Program-made: the position numbers and the translations under genes
NCBI GenBank assembly: GCA_964658305.1
Contig: OZ210884.1
Location: 4,960,001 to 5,024,000, forward strand
Length of the DNA: 64,000 nt
Origin: Leptogorgia sarmentosa
Taxonomy: Eukaryota
Direction: 5' to 3'
Shown here: positions 60,659 through 64,000 of the stretch, one piece after another
Numbering within the stretch: position 1 is the stretch's first letter
How the letters are laid out: every line of letters starts with the position of its first letter
The notes under the pieces: model-generated
The model's database searches: none
The model's input: only the letters and a program-made list of their open reading frames with translations
Told to the model about the DNA's origin: nothing

Positions 60659-63600
60659 TTATGTCTTCTTCTGGTGGGCGGTACCAATGTTGCACGTGTT
60701 TACCTGAAACACAGAAAAATAACGATCTAGTTTTCCAAAAAAGTCTAGTTTTCCAGGGCAATATTTGTCATCAAATCATATTTTTTAGATAATTGGTCTG
60801 ACTAATTTATTGAACATTTACTAATGTTCTTCCGTTATAAAGACATTTTAACTCTTCGTGTACGATAACAGAGAGTTGGGAATGTTTGACAAGCGCACGT
60901 GACACGATATTTTTCAAACGTACTTCATGTAACCTAGTGTGTGAGAAACATCATCTGGAAAAACCTCCACCAACAATAGATGTTTCCCCTAGTGCTAAAG
61001 TTGACATTACCTTGGTGGCAAATCTTAGAGAGCTCAGAGTTTCTTGTAATGAGTCCTCACGAGGAGATATATTGACGAACATCAAACTAAATAAAAAGAG
61101 AATTTCAATCGAGCACTCTTCGTGTCACATAAAAGATAGTCTAAGTAATACCAGCGATATAGTACTTGGTAGTACAAATGCTATACCCTGCTTTATTATA
61201 TGGCAAGTGTTTCTGAGCGGTCCGTCTGCTAAAATACAGCATTCTGATTGGTTCCTGAGCGGTCGGTAACCTGCAGTGCGAACCGCTCACGTTTAGCGAC
61301 GTCGGGTTTTTATTGAATCAAGCGACAACGAAGACGAAATAAGTTAAAAACATGTTTGAACATTCTGTTCTTTTTTTTTGGTAGCAATATTGGCTACGCC
61401 TACAAGCGAGAAATATAAACAAATAAACAGGGGAGAAAAGAACTCGATCGTGCAGTATCCTCCAGTACGGACCTCACTCTCAGTCAATAACATATTATAT
61501 ATGAGCCCGCAATGTGTTAGTGGTTTCACATAAATGAGATTACTTGTACACTTTGGTATTTAAATTGCAGCCTTTCCCCAGAAATTTCTCACCTTTTGCT
61601 GTTTCCTCCAATTGAGTTCTGAAGCAAATACGTCAATTTCGAATTCCTATACGGTATGTGCGAGTCCTAAAAATATCAGGGAACATGATTATTGCAATAA
61701 CATTATGTACATGTTTCCTAGAAATATAAGTTACAGTGTAGCGACAATGCCACTGGTGTTAGGGCACAAAAGTACATTTTTAGAAAATTTGACGAAATTG
61801 AGAAATAAACTTTCAACTAAAACACATATCTTGGAGCTTCAGGCATAAATCATTGTTCATTTTGTGTTTTTTTGTGTTAAGCCGTTTTCCCGGCTGTTAA
61901 CATATTGTCGCATTTAAAAGACCTTAAAATGAATGGATGACATTCTATCTATCTTAAACGTTCACCTTGTTTGCCAGAGAATTGAATACAATGCCAAGGT
62001 TTGACAAACTTTTGTTAATGTTTTGAGTTTCTTTTAATCTCGCTCCTGTTGATCCTGACTGACTCAAACGCTCTGATCCGGCGAGATCAACGAGATTCAG
62101 TGTTCCTAAATGAATATGAATAAGTGTTGCAGCAAAGTTCTCCTTTGATTGTGAGCTTTGATTAAGTGGAGTGCAATACCGCCGACGCTTATTTCGATTC
62201 CGTAGACGGTCGGACACCTCCGAAATGGTCGGCCACCTCATTATATTACATGAACAGCAGCAGCATTAAAAATATAAGCATAATAATAATTTTAAATGGG
62301 AGATCAGGCAGTTGGAGCAGTCGGTGTAATGGCAAGGGTGCGGATTTCCGTGCAGAGCGTACCAGGGTTCGATCCCCATCTGGGGTACAATATATTTTCC
62401 TTATTTTTTTATATAATTTATATTTTCCTTAACTTTAATTTTGCCATAGATTTTTAAACTATTTTTTTTCAGAATACGCACATTATTTTGTCAATGTTTA
62501 AAGTTAGGGTTAGGAATACGGTTTTGGTTAGTGTTATGCGCTGTTGAGGTGCTGAATACGAGTGAATGAGGTGTCCGACCATCTCGGAGGTGTCCGACCG
62601 TCGACGGAAAATAAAAAACGCCCCTCAATAAAAAAAACCTAAATAAAAACGTAGTCCCTCAATAAAAAACGCTACCTTGGCACTGTTCTCCAGTAGTTTC
62701 ATTACTTCCGGTCAATTTCAAACGGAATACAGAATGACTTCTTGAGGAACGTTCATTGCAGTTGGTCGCTGCAACGGCGCGGTTTTCGTAGGCTTTATGT
62801 AGCAAACTTGACACCTGCAAATGGGATTATTACGATTGAAGTTTAGGTGACATGTGTTGAGAACTACTAATTGTATCCCGCGACTTCTTGCTGTTCTAAC
62901 ACATTGGGATATAGAATCATTCTCATTAGTTAGAAAATTTGTAAATTCGTTCCAAACGCCTCACAGCCTTTCGATGTTCTAGGCGATGTTCTAAGAGCAT
63001 TGGAGAAATGTTTTACCAAAGCGATGTACCCAGCTCTGTAACTGAATGAAGTGTCAAGCCATAATGCGTTCGAGGTCTTGGGACTAATAATTTCTCTCTA
63101 GAATTTTTTAGATTCTAAACGTACGTTATAACGTAGCTACGTCTATACGTACGGATCGTTTGGTCTCATGCATGATAACTACAGTCTTTCTCACATAATA
63201 CCCAATCCGTATCAACGGGAGTATAGTATGATGACAGATATGGTTCAATCAAAGTTTAAATAGAGGCCGGCTGTGTAATTTTTGCAATGAAGAATTGGCC
63301 TACGAATGGGACTTTGAGAGAGCGTTTATATACTGTAGCGCATTTGCTTCTCACCTGGTCCGCAGATTGCACAGCAACAGTTTTCAAATTTGTTACGACA
63401 ACATCATTAGCTTGTTTCCCATTGTTGGTCGCCACTTGCTTAATTTCATGCTTGGTATTTGCGTCTGTTGAAAGCAGATCGCGGATGGTTTCGTTATATA
63501 TTTCCAGAAAAGATGCTTCCATGTCGTACTGAAAGAATACAAAATAAATTTGTATTGTTACGTGACATCGATCTAAGTAAAGTTGCTGAATCGAAGAAGC

Positions 63601-63968
63601 AGTCGATACACCAAGCTACAGTAAACTTTGCAAATACATGTATGTTTTAAAAGTTGACAATGAAATTGAGTACAATACTGTACCTTCCAACCTTTACTCT
63701 TGAGACTTTCACAAGTATAAAATACTTGTTCCATGGCACGTGGTATCATTCCCCAGGTTTTTCTTTCAGTCAGATCACCCTCCATGGTGAAGGTCTTCCC
63801 TGAACCAGTCTGACCATACGCGAAAATGCACACATTATAACCATCAAGAACACTCTGTACCAACTGAGAAATTTCCGAGAAAACAGCTTCTTGTGTTGAC
63901 ACAGGGGGGAAAACCTTGTCAAACGTGAATGGCAGTTTTCCTTGGGTACGTTTTCCACCACTTATGGA
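60659..63968 (-). CDS. KIFC1: Kinesin-14 (C-terminal motor, KIFC1/Ncd-like), 3' part; 5' exons lie beyond the window
   Basis: Exons 63968-63684, 63528-63355, 62814-62676, 62105-61966, 61666-61593, 61086-61011, 60703-60659. [69 protein letters not shown], followed by a very short tail and stop. Confidence 0.9.
62198..62609. mobile_element. TIR element in a kinesin intron carrying a tRNA-like module (~62313-62388) and TTAGGG-like motifs
   Basis: 45-bp TIR TTCCGTAGACGGTCGGACACCTCCGAAATGGTCGGCCACCTCATT / AATGAGGTGTCCGACCATCTCGGAGGTGTCCGACCGTCGACGGAA; internal CGGTGTAATGG (A box) and GGTTCGATCCC (B box). Confidence 0.75.
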
Positions 63969-64000
63969 CTAAATCGAAAAATTGACAACAGGTGAAATTC

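Noticed and set aside
62313..62388. Functional tRNA-Gly gene
   Set aside because: Acceptor and anticodon stems do not pair; only the promoter boxes are recognisable.

Overview
AT-rich, intron-containing animal genomic DNA. The gene and repeat content suggests an anthozoan cnidarian, probably an octocoral (inference). Spliced gene models were built by hand from splice sites and reading phase. From left to right: an orphan calcium-binding EGF exon; LMF1 (minus, 11 exons including an 11-nt microexon), with an intronless rhodopsin-class GPCR nested antisense in intron 8 that has a 1-nt frameshift near its ATG and a decayed paralogous fragment nearby; a second single-exon GPCR; DHRS7 (plus, one GC-AG intron, KKxx terminal exon); a mosaic of pseudogene fragments; a Dispatched/Patched-family RND protein (minus); an RNF38/44-type RING-H2 E3 ligase with an N-terminal cluster of SUMO-interaction motifs (minus); two tandem secreted PAN-EGF-GON proteins sharing an apparent gene-conversion tract next to a divergent segment; and the 3' part of a kinesin-14 gene (minus). 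Introns and intergenic DNA are dense with MITEs, foldback elements and tRNA-derived modules. No CRISPR array, rRNA or intact tRNA was found. Family assignments come from motif recognition from memory, not from database searches.
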